Assembly (NCBI GenBank): GCA_041687695.1
Contig: JAWLBL010000013.1
Coordinates: 1 to 64,000, forward strand
DNA length: 64,000 nt
Direction: 5' to 3'
From: Myxococcota bacterium
GTDB lineage: Bacteria; Myxococcota_A; UBA9042; PHBI01; JAWLBL01
The first letter of the stretch is position 1, and each line of letters begins with the position of its first letter. Both the position numbers and the translations under genes were made by a program. The notes under the pieces were generated by a model that saw only the letters and a program-made list of their open reading frames with translations, made no database searches and was not told where the DNA came from. Positions 48,865-60,187 of the stretch are shown one piece after another.

Positions 48865-51408
48865 ATGCTGTTTTCCTGCTCCAAGTGCGAGACGAAGTAC
48901 AAGATCCCCGACGAGAAGGTGGCCGGCAAGGTCCTGAAGGTCCGGTGCAAGACCTGCGGGGCCGTGGTCGTCGTGCGGGACCCGCACGCGGCCGAGCGGG
49001 CGCGCCCGGAGACGGTCGGTGCGATGAGCGCCGTGTCCGAGGATCCTCAGTGGTACGTCGGGGTCGGCGGTGAGCAGAAGGGGCCGCTGACGACCGCGTT
49101 GGTGGCGCAGCTGATCGCCCAGGGGCACGTGACGGCGCAGACGTACGTGTGGCGCGCCGGCATGACCGATTGGGCGCTGGCGCCCGCCGTGCCTGGTCTT
49201 GCTCCGTTGTTCACGCGCGCGACGGCGGCGCCGAGCGAGGCCGAGGCGCGGGCGCGGCTGGAGGCGGAGGCGCGGGCGAAGGCCGAGGCGGAGGTGCGGG
49301 CGCGGCTGGAGGCGGAGGCGCGGGCGAAGGCCGAGGCCGAGGCGCGGGCGCGGCTGGAGGCCGAGGCGCGGGCGAAGGCCGAGGCGGAGGTGCGGGCGCG
49401 GCTGGAGGCGGAGGCGCGGGCGAAGGCCGAGGCCGAGGCGCGGGCGCGGCTGGAGGCCGAGGCGCGGGCGAAGGCCGAGGCCGAGGTGCAACGTCAAGCC
49501 GAGGCCGCGCGGGCACAGGTCGAAGCGCTTGCGAGGCGTCAAGCCGAGGCGGAGGCGCGGGCGAAGGCCGAGGCGGAGGCGCGTGCCGCTGCCGAGGCGC
49601 AGGCGCAGGCCGAGGCGGAGGCGCGTGCCGCTGCGGAAGCGCAGGCCAAGGCCGAGGTCGAGGCGCGTGCCGCTGCGGAAGCGCAGGCCAAGGCCGAGGT
49701 CGAGGCGCAGGAGAGGGCCGAGGCTGAGGCGCGTGCTGCCGCCGAGGCGGAGGCGCTGGCGAGGGCCGAGGCCCAAGCCAAGGCCGAGGCGCTGGCGCTG
49801 GCGCGGGCGAAGGTCGAGGCGGAGGCCCGGGCGAGGGCGGAAGCGCAGGCCAAGGCCGAGGCCGAGGAGCGAGCGCGGGTCGAGGCGGCAGAGCGCGCGC
49901 GCTCGGACGCCGAGGCGAAGCTCGAGGCCGAGCGCGGCCGTTCCGACGACGGGGCGATGATGGCGCCTCCGAGCGGCCCGCGACCGTCGCTGCCGCCGCT
50001 GCCGCCGCTGTCCGAGGTGCTCGGCGAGACGGCGCCCCCGACGCCGGAGCCGGCGCAGGCCAGCGGGCCGATCCCTGCGCCTCCCCTGCCTCCCTCGAGC
50101 GCCGCCGCGCCCGTCCAGGCGCCCTCCGCTGTGCCCGCGAGCGTGCCCGCGCCCCCGCGGCCGGCGCCGTCGGACGCCGTGGCCCGCGCCGCCATGGACG
50201 CCAGCGCGGCGGTCCAGGTGGGGTCCGGCGCCCGTGGGGCCGCGCCCTCGGGGATCCCGGCGCCGCCCGCGGACGACGCGACCGCCGAGCCTCCCGTGGC
50301 GCCCGTCGCTGCCGGCCAGGCGCCGTCCAAGCTGGCCGAGCTGGCGGCCGACGCGCCCGACGGCGCGCTCGTGAGCGACGTCATCCACGACGACTTCTTC
50401 AACAGCGCGCCGCCTCCGCCCGTCGGGGCGACCAGCGACATCTTCGCGCAGTTCGACGCTCCGCCGCAGGCGGCCTCCGCCGAGGACAAGGCCTACCTCA
50501 AGAAGGCGATGAAGGAGGCGACGGCCGCGCTCGACGGGCTCGAGATCGTCAACAAGCCGTCGGCCAACGAGATGCAGTCCCTGCGGGAGGAGTTCTCGGT
50601 CCTCGTGCGGCTCGACAAGCAGAAGAAGCGGCGGACCTGGCTGTTCCTGGTGGCGGCCCTGGTGCTCGTGTCGGCGGGCGTGGGCGGCTTCATCCTCTAT
50701 CAGGAGCAGCGGGCCGCCCTGCGGGCGCGCAACCTCGAGGACTTCGCGACCTCGGGCGGATTCGCGCCCGCGACCGCAGAGCGCGCCGTCTACGAGGCGC
50801 GGGTGGCCGAGCAGGAGGCGGCCTCGGACCGGCCCTTGACGGTGGCCGAGCGCCGGGCGCTCGCCGAGCGGATCAAGGCCGAGGCGGACGCGCGCAAGGC
50901 CGCGTCGCGGAAGACGGCGGCCGCGAGCAAGACGGGCGCGGGCGCGGCCACGTCGAAGGCCACGGCGAAGCTGACGAACGAGGCGGTCCGCAAGGAGGAC
51001 GAGAACGCGGCGCGCTACAAGAAGATGTCGGCGGCCGAGTTCGCGGCGCTCACGGCCGAGGACGGCAAGCGCGAGACCAAGATCGGCGGGGCCGACCCGC
51101 TGGCCGCGGCGGCCAAGGAGGCCGAGGCCGCGGCCGAGAAGAAGAAGGCGGCGATGGCGACCGAGCGCGCCACCGAGGTGGCCAAGGCGTTCGCGGCGAA
51201 GAAGCGGCAGCTCGCCGAGTGCAAGGACGCCACCGAAGAGAAGGTGAGGGTCCTGTTCACGGTGACGCCCGTGGGGCGCGTGGTCGAGGCCAGCGTCGAG
51301 GGGACGTCGAGCTCGCGCAAGGCCGATTGCGTCAAGAGCATCCTGGGACGCGCCCAGTTCCCGTCGGGCGACGGGACGGAGAAGTACGCGCAGACCCTGA
51401 CGCTCTGA
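48865..51408 (+). CDS. Zinc-ribbon + GYF_2 domain membrane protein, GltJ/AgmX-like
   Basis: [15 protein letters not shown]...VRCKTC zinc ribbon; [12 protein letters not shown]...[14 protein letters not shown]_2; Ala/Glu repeats; Pro-rich linker; TM; C-terminal TonB-C-like domain with a Cys pair. Confidence 0.82.
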   Translation: MLFSCSKCETKYKIPDEKVAGKVLKVRCKTCGAVVVVRDPHAAERARPETVGAMSAVSEDPQWYVGVGGEQKGPLTTALVAQLIAQGHVTAQTYVWRAGMTDWALAPAVPGLAPLFTRATAAPSEAEARARLEAEARAKAEAEVRARLEAEARAKAEAEARARLEAEARAKAEAEVRARLEAEARAKAEAEARARLEAEARAKAEAEVQRQAEAARAQVEALARRQAEAEARAKAEAEARAAAEAQAQAEAEARAAAEAQAKAEVEARAAAEAQAKAEVEAQERAEAEARAAAEAEALARAEAQAKAEALALARAKVEAEARARAEAQAKAEAEERARVEAAERARSDAEAKLEAERGRSDDGAMMAPPSGPRPSLPPLPPLSEVLGETAPPTPEPAQASGPIPAPPLPPSSAAAPVQAPSAVPASVPAPPRPAPSDAVARAAMDASAAVQVGSGARGAAPSGIPAPPADDATAEPPVAPVAAGQAPSKLAELAADAPDGALVSDVIHDDFFNSAPPPPVGATSDIFAQFDAPPQAASAEDKAYLKKAMKEATAALDGLEIVNKPSANEMQSLREEFSVLVRLDKQKKRRTWLFLVAALVLVSAGVGGFILYQEQRAALRARNLEDFATSGGFAPATAERAVYEARVAEQEAASDRPLTVAERRALAERIKAEADARKAASRKTAAASKTGAGAATSKATAKLTNEAVRKEDENAARYKKMSAAEFAALTAEDGKRETKIGGADPLAAAAKEAEAAAEKKKAAMATERATEVAKAFAAKKRQLAECKDATEEKVRVLFTVTPVGRVVEASVEGTSSSRKADCVKSILGRAQFPSGDGTEKYAQTLTL
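49237..49476 (+). repeat. Coding 48-bp tandem repeat x5 (EAE[A/V][12 protein letters not shown])
   Basis: Five in-frame 16-aa units alternating A/V, followed by degenerate units to about 49930. Confidence 0.9.
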
Positions 51409-51535
51409 ACGGGGCGGGGCGCCGCCGGCCCTGAGAGCCGGGGCCCGAGGCGCGGGGTGGCACCCGCCTTTGAATAGCGCGCGGCGCCGTGCTATCCAAC
51501 GGGCCTCCGCCACCGCAGACCAAAGGGGACAAGCT

Positions 51536-52141
51536 ATGAAGACCGCTCGCCTTTTCGCCGTCGTCGCCGCCGCGGCGCTCGTGACCCTCATGGCGTCGGG
51601 GGCGCTCGCGTCCGACCGCACGCGCCAGAAGATGGAGCTGGTCGGCTTCTCGGACGACGGCAAGGAGTTCGTCCTGAAGGTCACGGACGAGGAGCGCGGG
51701 ACCTTCTTCCAGGTGCGGACGACCAAGAAGAACGAGATCGTGAAGGTCTATCCGTTCGCGGAGGGCGAGGACAAGAAGGTCTTCGCCAAGGTCAAGCGCG
51801 TCCACGAGGTCGGCGGCGAGCTGTCCGACTCGCCCGAGAACCCGAAGAAGGGCGTGACGCTGATGTCGGCCCAGAAGGAGGACAAGCTCTTCCTGTACGT
51901 GATGAAGGGCGACCGCATCGCCAAGTACGACGAGATCGCGCTCGAGAAGACCCGCAAGGGCGACCCCGCGAAGTCGAACGTCATGCAGATGGCGTGGGAC
52001 CCCAAGGGCAAGTACGGGGTCGTCGTCTACCACCAGAAGCTGACTGATCTCGGCGAGTGGGAGGGCGACTTCGTCTACTCCTTCGTCTACCGGTCCTACA
52101 AGGTGAACTTCGGCGACGACTCGGGCGACGGGGACGAGTGA
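51536..52141 (+). CDS. Exported hypothetical protein
   Basis: Signal peptide ending GALA; strong codon bias; LVGFSDDGKEF beta-rich start. Confidence 0.8.
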   Translation: MKTARLFAVVAAAALVTLMASGALASDRTRQKMELVGFSDDGKEFVLKVTDEERGTFFQVRTTKKNEIVKVYPFAEGEDKKVFAKVKRVHEVGGELSDSPENPKKGVTLMSAQKEDKLFLYVMKGDRIAKYDEIALEKTRKGDPAKSNVMQMAWDPKGKYGVVVYHQKLTDLGEWEGDFVYSFVYRSYKVNFGDDSGDGDE

Positions 52142-52440
52142 TGGCGCGACGGGCGCCCCGACGCCGCGCGAGCGACATCAGCCGGCGTCAGAAGCGGTCG
52201 CTTCAGCAGCTGCTGATGACCGCGCTGGCGCTGGCGATGCTGCTGCTGTTCTGGGGACAGCTCTCGCAGGGCGCCGCTGGGTGCTTCACGATGATGTCTG
52301 GGCCGCAGGAGCCTGGTGTCGCGCCAGGCGCGGCGCGTCCGACGGGCGACGCCGACGCCGTGGGTGACCAGCCCCGCCAGCCAGAAGACCAGCCGGCGCC
52401 CGCCATCCGCGTTCAGGTGCCCGACGCCTCGTCGCGCTGA
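52141..52440 (+). CDS. Small single-pass membrane protein
   Basis: Start overlaps the previous stop; basic N-terminus, TM, then GAAGCF and a Pro-rich tail. Confidence 0.65.
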   Translation: MARRAPRRRASDISRRQKRSLQQLLMTALALAMLLLFWGQLSQGAAGCFTMMSGPQEPGVAPGAARPTGDADAVGDQPRQPEDQPAPAIRVQVPDASSR

Positions 52441-52487
52441 GGCGACCGACGCCTGGTCGCGCTGAGGCGCGTGGTGGCCGCTCGTCG

Positions 52488-52593
52488 TGACGCGGCGTGC
52501 GTGTGAGGGCGTCGCGCGTCATGACGCGCGTCATGACGCGCCGTGTCACGAATTCCGTTGACGCGCATGACGCGCCGCGTTAGCTATGCGTCA
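52488..52593. promoter_or_regulatory. Array of TGACGC/GCGTCA half-sites, putative operator of the phasin-like gene
   Basis: Eight exact half-sites; 28-bp perfect palindrome at 52514-52541; -35-like TTGACG at 52558. Confidence 0.65.
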
Positions 52594-52663
52594 TACGCGA
52601 CAATCAGCAGCCCCCGAGCCCGCGCCCAACACGGCGTCGGCCAGCGGGCGCGGAGGAACGACG

Positions 52664-53158
52664 ATGACGGCGAACGTTGAGACGGCGGCCCCAGCGGGCA
52701 AGAAGCACTGGACGGCCGAGACGCTCGGGCAGGTCCAGACGCAGGTCGAGAAGGTCTGGGCCGACACCCTGACGCAGATGCAGGCGGTGGTGCCGAGGGT
52801 GCAGGGCGCCGAGAAGGAAGTGCGCGAGCTGGTCCGGCGCCTCGAGGCGGACGGCCGCAAGCACCTCGAGACCCTGCGCGAGCAGCTCAAGGACGGCGTG
52901 ATCGGCCGACTCAAGGGCCAGGACCTGCTCGAGCAGGGCAAGGGCCTGTTCGACCAGGGCGCCAAGCTCGGCGAGGAGGCCATCGAGAAGCTCGGCCTCG
53001 TCACCAGCGGTGACCTGACCGGGATCAAGGACGAGCTGGACAAGCTCGCCAAGAAGCTCGAGACCGTGCGCAAGAAGGTGAACGTGGTCGCGAGCAAGAA
53101 GGACGTCGAGGAGCTCGACAAGCGCCTCGCGGCCCTCGAGGCGAAGGTCCAGCAGTAG
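52664..53158 (+). CDS. Phasin-like (PHA granule-associated) coiled-coil protein
   Basis: ggagg RBS; amphipathic helices with LGLVTSGDL...LDKLAKKL and VASKKDVEELDKRLAALE motifs typical of phasin/PhaF-PhaI C-termini. Confidence 0.65.
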   Translation: MTANVETAAPAGKKHWTAETLGQVQTQVEKVWADTLTQMQAVVPRVQGAEKEVRELVRRLEADGRKHLETLREQLKDGVIGRLKGQDLLEQGKGLFDQGAKLGEEAIEKLGLVTSGDLTGIKDELDKLAKKLETVRKKVNVVASKKDVEELDKRLAALEAKVQQ

Positions 53159-53209
53159 GACCGCGCGACGGTCGCGGGCGGCCGCGGCACGGACTGCGGC
53201 GAGCGCGGT

Positions 53210-53255
53210 CGAGGAGGCGTCACCTCTCCCGTCGGGGGAGGGCGGCGCCTCTTCG
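53210..53255. terminator. Hairpin between convergent genes
   Basis: cgaggaggcgtcacctctccc / gggggagggcggcgcctcttcg imperfect long stem. Confidence 0.55.
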
Positions 53256-53278
53256 CGTTTCGAAGGGGGCGCAGCGCG

Positions 53279-53554
53279 TCAGGGGAAGGGGAACAGGCTC
53301 TCGACGACGAAGACCGGGTACTGCGCCAGCTCGTTGAAGACGAGCACGCTGACGATGAAGGTCGCCGAGAAGCAGAGCAGGAAGGCGGCGGCCAGCTCGA
53401 CCCAGCGTCGGGTGCGCACGGCGAGGGCGCAGACGCCCGCTGCGGTCAGCATGGAGACGAGGACGACCAGGACCAGCAGGCGCACGTCGATGGCGACCCA
53501 GGCCGCGTACTGCCAGGTGGTGGTCTGTTCGGCCGCGAGGAGGATGGGCGCCAT
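53279..53554 (-). CDS. Small integral membrane protein
   Basis: 91 aa with two hydrophobic helices; ATG overlaps the stop of the CPBP gene. Confidence 0.65.
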   Translation of the reverse strand: MAPILLAAEQTTTWQYAAWVAIDVRLLVLVVLVSMLTAAGVCALAVRTRRWVELAAAFLLCFSATFIVSVLVFNELAQYPVFVVESLFPFP

Positions 53555-54147
53555 CAGTCTCGAGTGGGGGCCTGCTCGGCCGCGAGGACGTGCAGGTTGA
53601 AGTAGTTCACGGTGAGGTGACAGAGGATCGGCGCGAGCAGATTCCCGGTCGTCAGAGCCAGCCACCCGAGCAGCGCGCCCGCGGCGGTGGCGAACAGGGC
53701 CCAGGCGCGCAGGCGCCGCTGGGTGCCGCCGTGCAACAGGCCGAAGACGATGACGGTGGGCCAGAAGCCGATGAGGGGCTGCAGGCCGCCCCGGAAGAGG
53801 ACCTCCTCGCCCACGGCGCTGGTCACGGCGAGGGCGGCGATGGCGCCGGTGCCTGGCGTGCCGAGCAGGCCTCCGAGCTCGTGATTGAGCCGCTTGACGG
53901 GGCCGAGGTTCCGGGTGAGCCAGGTGAGGAGGACGACGCCCAGGCCCGTCCCAGCGCCGAGGAGCGTGTCGTGGACCAGTCGCTCGCCGTCGCCGAAGAT
54001 GGCGCGGGTCGGCGAGAGGTCCTGCCACGCCATCAGCCCCAGCCCGACGCCCGTGAAGACCGCGTACAGGACGGTCGACATCCCGACGAGGGCGCGCGGG
54101 TCGACCTGTTCGTCCTGGGGATCGTGGGGGGCCGTCGGGTCGCTCAT
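53554..54147 (-). CDS. CPBP (CAAX protease/Abi) family intramembrane metalloprotease
   Basis: GEEVLFRG, FGLLH, ILCHLTVN motifs; ggag RBS before MSDPTAP. Confidence 0.9.
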   Translation of the reverse strand: MSDPTAPHDPQDEQVDPRALVGMSTVLYAVFTGVGLGLMAWQDLSPTRAIFGDGERLVHDTLLGAGTGLGVVLLTWLTRNLGPVKRLNHELGGLLGTPGTGAIAALAVTSAVGEEVLFRGGLQPLIGFWPTVIVFGLLHGGTQRRLRAWALFATAAGALLGWLALTTGNLLAPILCHLTVNYFNLHVLAAEQAPTRD

Positions 54148-54283
54148 CTCCCGCAGCGGATTACCACAGCCGGGGGGGACGCCGCCACGATGGCGACCGC
54201 TCGACGGCGCGCGGGAGGCCGGGCGGTGACGCACGGGGTCAAATTTTGGACCGCCCCCGGGGCGGCGGGTAGAACGCGCACTG

Positions 54284-55843
54284 ATGAAGCCGTCGACCAC
54301 ATACGCCGGGGCGAGCGCGCGCGCGTTCGCGTGGGACCCCAGCCGCGGGGGCCTGTGGGGCCTCGCCACCTTCGTCGTCCTGCTGGGCGCGTGCACGGGG
54401 CCCGGGGACGATCGCGCGCCGCCCAAGCTGCGCATCGACCCGCAGCTGCTGGCCATCGAGTGGCCGGAGGGGCCGCGGCGGGACGCGACCGAGGCCCTGG
54501 TGCGGCGCGAGACCAAGCGCTTCGCGCAGAGCCTTTTCACGGGCGAGCCGATGCCGACCGGGATGCCGCAGGCGCGCGACGGCCTGCCGGAGCTGGCGGC
54601 CACGCTCGAGGATGCGGCCAAGGTGGGCCTGGCCAAGCGCCGCGCCCAGCCGCCCGCCTGGGCGGACGGGGTCCCCGAGCCGCCGCGCGCCGTGGAGCAC
54701 GATCTGCCCAAGCAGTGGCCGATCGTGGTGCGCCAGGGCGAGGGGCTGCATCTGCTCGCGAAGTGGGCCGGGACGGACGCCAAGATCATCCTCGAGGACA
54801 ACCGCGAGCGGCTGGGCAAGCGGCGCTGGCTCAAGACCGGCGATCGCCTGGACGTCACCATGAGCGCGAACCAGAAGTTCGCGTTCGACCGCGCGCGTGA
54901 GCAGTTCCAGAAGGACCGGCTCGACGGGTACTTCGCCTCGCGCTACGTCTCGGAGGTCGTCGTCTACCGGGTCAAGCGTGGCGAGCCGGTCTCGACCGCC
55001 GCCAAGCGGTTCGGCGAGGTGCCCATCTGGCTGCTGCAGGAGTTCAACCAGACCGACTTCCGGTCGCTGCAGCCCGGTGACGAGATCCTGATCCCGGTGG
55101 TCAAGAGCTGGAACCGCAAGGAGAAGCTGCCGCCGGCGCTGAAGGTCGTCGACGAGCAGCGCATGGCCCTGACGGACGAGCAGCACCGCGCGGTCGACGG
55201 ACGCCTGCGGCACGACCTGCTGGGGCGCGCCCGGCTCGCCATCGACGACAGCAACGTCTTCGAGCGGGCCGAGGGCGGGCTCGTCGAGGACGGGCGCGGC
55301 GTCCTCCCCGACTACGGCGCGCTGGCGGTCACCGCCACCCCGACCCCGGCGCCCGGCCAGCTGGCGGCGCCCCCGACGGTGCTGGACGTGCGCGTCGACG
55401 AGGCCATCGCCCCGCGCGAGGTGCTCGTGATGCGCGGCGAGACGCTGAGCCACTACGCGAAGTGGGCGGGGCTGGGGCGCGACGCCATCGTGGCGGCCAA
55501 CCCGGGGCTCGAGCCCGACCGGATCCTGGTGGGCACGCGCCTCAAGCTGCCGCTGACGGACACGGCCTACGCGACCTTCGTGCGCGCGCGCGCCGAGCAC
55601 CACCAGCCCAAGCAGAAGGCCGCTGCGCTCCCGGCCTCGGCCCGGCCGCTGCCGGCGGTCATCGGGAAGGGGGCCGCCAAGGCGGGCAAGTCGACCGCCC
55701 AGCGCGCGCACCTCGTGCGGGCGGGCGAGACGGCCTCCGGCATCGCCAAGAAGCGCGGGACGACCGTCACCGAGCTGGCTCGTCGCAATCCGGGCGTGGA
55801 CCTGAACCGTCTGCAGATCGGTCAGTCGCTCCTGGTGCCCTGA
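54284..55843 (+). CDS. Multi-LysM peptidoglycan-binding lipoprotein
   Basis: Lipobox LGAC; LysM-like units VVRQGEGL, YRVKRGE..LQPGDEILIP, VMRGETLSHYA..ILVGTRLKLP, HLVRAGETASGIA..LQIGQSLLVP. Confidence 0.85.
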   Translation: MKPSTTYAGASARAFAWDPSRGGLWGLATFVVLLGACTGPGDDRAPPKLRIDPQLLAIEWPEGPRRDATEALVRRETKRFAQSLFTGEPMPTGMPQARDGLPELAATLEDAAKVGLAKRRAQPPAWADGVPEPPRAVEHDLPKQWPIVVRQGEGLHLLAKWAGTDAKIILEDNRERLGKRRWLKTGDRLDVTMSANQKFAFDRAREQFQKDRLDGYFASRYVSEVVVYRVKRGEPVSTAAKRFGEVPIWLLQEFNQTDFRSLQPGDEILIPVVKSWNRKEKLPPALKVVDEQRMALTDEQHRAVDGRLRHDLLGRARLAIDDSNVFERAEGGLVEDGRGVLPDYGALAVTATPTPAPGQLAAPPTVLDVRVDEAIAPREVLVMRGETLSHYAKWAGLGRDAIVAANPGLEPDRILVGTRLKLPLTDTAYATFVRARAEHHQPKQKAAALPASARPLPAVIGKGAAKAGKSTAQRAHLVRAGETASGIAKKRGTTVTELARRNPGVDLNRLQIGQSLLVP

Positions 55844-55929
55844 GGCCCGCGCCGGGCGGCCGCCGGGGAGCCCGCGGCGACGGCCGCGCCACCACTTGTA
55901 AGTTGCCGATTCCACAGGGAAATCGGTCC

Positions 55930-55958
55930 TTTACAGGGCCGGTCGCGCGTGGTATCTA
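55930..55958 (+). promoter_or_regulatory. Possible sigma70-type promoter of gyrB
   Basis: TTTACA-17 bp-TATCTA with a TG extension, in an AT-richer patch. Confidence 0.4.
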
Positions 55959-56119
55959 GGCGCATCCCAAGGACCCGCACGAGGCACGTCTTCGTGGGCG
56001 GGGCCTGACGCAGGTGCCCACCACCGGTGGCGGTGGCGGGTGGCGCGCGCGACGGTCTCGCCTCGGGACGGCTCGGACATGGGCGCGGCCCCCTCGCGAG
56101 GGCGTCGGGCGCGCCCTGA

Positions 56120-58582
<2,463 letters not shown>

Positions 58583-58608
58583 TCGAGGGCGCGCGGACGG
58601 GAGGGACG

Positions 58609-59313
58609 ATGGACCCGGAACGCGCCGCGTACCTGGCCGCCGTGGAGTCGCGCTTCCTGACGCATCGGGGGCGCGGCTTCCTGTTGTCGCCGCGCGACGT
58701 GGCGCTGGTGGACGGGTGGCGCACCCGCGGCGTGCCCGTGAAGGTGGTCCTGCAGGCGCTGGACGAGGGGATGGCCCGCTTTCGGCAGGGACACCCGGAC
58801 GGCGCGCCCGTCCCGGGGACGCTGGCGTACTTCGCCGGGCACGTCGAGGAGGCGGTGCGGTCGCGGCGCGAGCGGCTCCTGGGTCTGATGGAGGCGGGCG
58901 GCGACGCAGGCGTGGCCGCCTCGGCGGCGGGCGACTCGGGGGGCGGCCTCGCGGCGGCCATCGAGGCGCTGGTCGAGGCGGGGCGCCGGCAGGAGCGAGA
59001 GGCGGCGCGGGAGGTGCTGCGCGGCGCGTGGCGGCGCCTCAAGCAGGCGAGCGGCGGCGAGGGCGACGCGGCGGACGTGTGGTCCTTGACGGCCGCGGTC
59101 GACCGGGCCATCGTCGACGGGCTGTGGTCGTCGCTGACCGGCGAGGAGCGCGCCGCGCTCGAGGCCGCGGCGGAGGCTTCGGTGGCGGCGAGCGGCGGGG
59201 CGACGATGAGCGTGGTGGCGCGCCGCGACCGCCTGCGCTTCGAACTCGACGCGGCGGTGCGACGGCGGTTCGGCGTGCCGGAGCTCGTGGAGGTGCTGCT
59301 TGGCGGCGTGTGA
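58609..59313 (+). CDS. Hypothetical protein, N-terminus reminiscent of a DnaD/DnaB_2 domain
   Basis: ggag RBS; FLTHRGRGFLLSPRDVALVDGW..GVPVKVVLQALDE..TLAYF; overlaps the downstream ATPase gene. Confidence 0.65.
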   Translation: MDPERAAYLAAVESRFLTHRGRGFLLSPRDVALVDGWRTRGVPVKVVLQALDEGMARFRQGHPDGAPVPGTLAYFAGHVEEAVRSRRERLLGLMEAGGDAGVAASAAGDSGGGLAAAIEALVEAGRRQEREAAREVLRGAWRRLKQASGGEGDAADVWSLTAAVDRAIVDGLWSSLTGEERAALEAAAEASVAASGGATMSVVARRDRLRFELDAAVRRRFGVPELVEVLLGGV

Positions 59314-60154
59314 TTGCCATGACCTCGGGTACGTGCTGCGACGCGAGGGCGAGCTGGCCCGCGCGGCCGTGTGCCCCTGCCGTGACCGGTGCTCGCTGTG
59401 CGGCGGCGAACGGTTCGTGCTGGCCATGGAGGACGGCTACGAGGTCGCCAAGCCCTGCAGCTGCGTCGCCATCCATCAGCGCGTCCGGCTGTACAACGAG
59501 GCGGGCATCCCGGCGGGCTACGTCCACAAGGTCATCACGGGGCTGGCGCCGCACGCTTATGTGGCCAGCAACGACAGCCAGAACCGCATCAAGCTGAAGT
59601 TCACGCGGTTCCAGACGGCCCTGGACGTCGAGAAGTCGCGCGGCGTGCTCCTGGTCGGGCCGCCCGGGACCGGAAAGACCCACCTCGTCTGCGCGCTGCT
59701 CAACTACCTGACCCTGCAGCGGGGCATCGCCTGCCGCTACATCGACTTCTTCCACCTGACGACGCGCATCCGCGAGACCTACCAGGACGACGCCCGCGAG
59801 ACCGAGGAGGACATCCTGAGGCCGCTGGTCGACGTGCCGGTCCTGGCCATCGACGAGCTGGGCAAGGGACGCGGCAGCACCTTCGAGCTGCACCTGGTCG
59901 ACCAGCTCATCAGCCGCCGCTACAACGCGGGGCGCATCATCCTGGCGACCAGCAACTACGCGCCCGAGGCGTGGATGGCGCCCACCTCACCCAGCGGCGG
60001 GCGCGGTAAGGGCGGCCACAAGGCCGAGCGCCTGACCGACAGCCTCGAGGAGCGGGTGGGCGTGCGGATCTTCAGCCGTCTGTCCGAGATGTGTGAGCTC
60101 GAGGCGGTCAACGGTCAGGACTACCGGCCGACGGCGGGCGCGCGCGAGCGGTGA
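59300..60154 (+). CDS. DnaC/DnaI/IstB-like AAA+ ATPase with a Cys-rich N-terminus
   Basis: TTG start with ggagg RBS; eight N-terminal Cys; Walker A GPPGTGKTH, Walker B LAIDELG, SRRYN, ATSN, RIFSRL. Confidence 0.87.
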   Translation: MAACDCHDLGYVLRREGELARAAVCPCRDRCSLCGGERFVLAMEDGYEVAKPCSCVAIHQRVRLYNEAGIPAGYVHKVITGLAPHAYVASNDSQNRIKLKFTRFQTALDVEKSRGVLLVGPPGTGKTHLVCALLNYLTLQRGIACRYIDFFHLTTRIRETYQDDARETEEDILRPLVDVPVLAIDELGKGRGSTFELHLVDQLISRRYNAGRIILATSNYAPEAWMAPTSPSGGRGKGGHKAERLTDSLEERVGVRIFSRLSEMCELEAVNGQDYRPTAGARER

Positions 60155-60187
60155 CCCGCTGACCGCGAGCCTGGCTCGGGGACGCGG

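Noticed and set aside
55897..55926. IHF-like or dif-like motif and imperfect hairpin upstream of gyrB
   Set aside because: Only a partial match to either consensus; insufficient support.
59300..60154. IS21 element (IstB)
   Set aside because: No IstA DDE transposase or terminal inverted repeats; host-like codon usage and tight linkage to gyrB.
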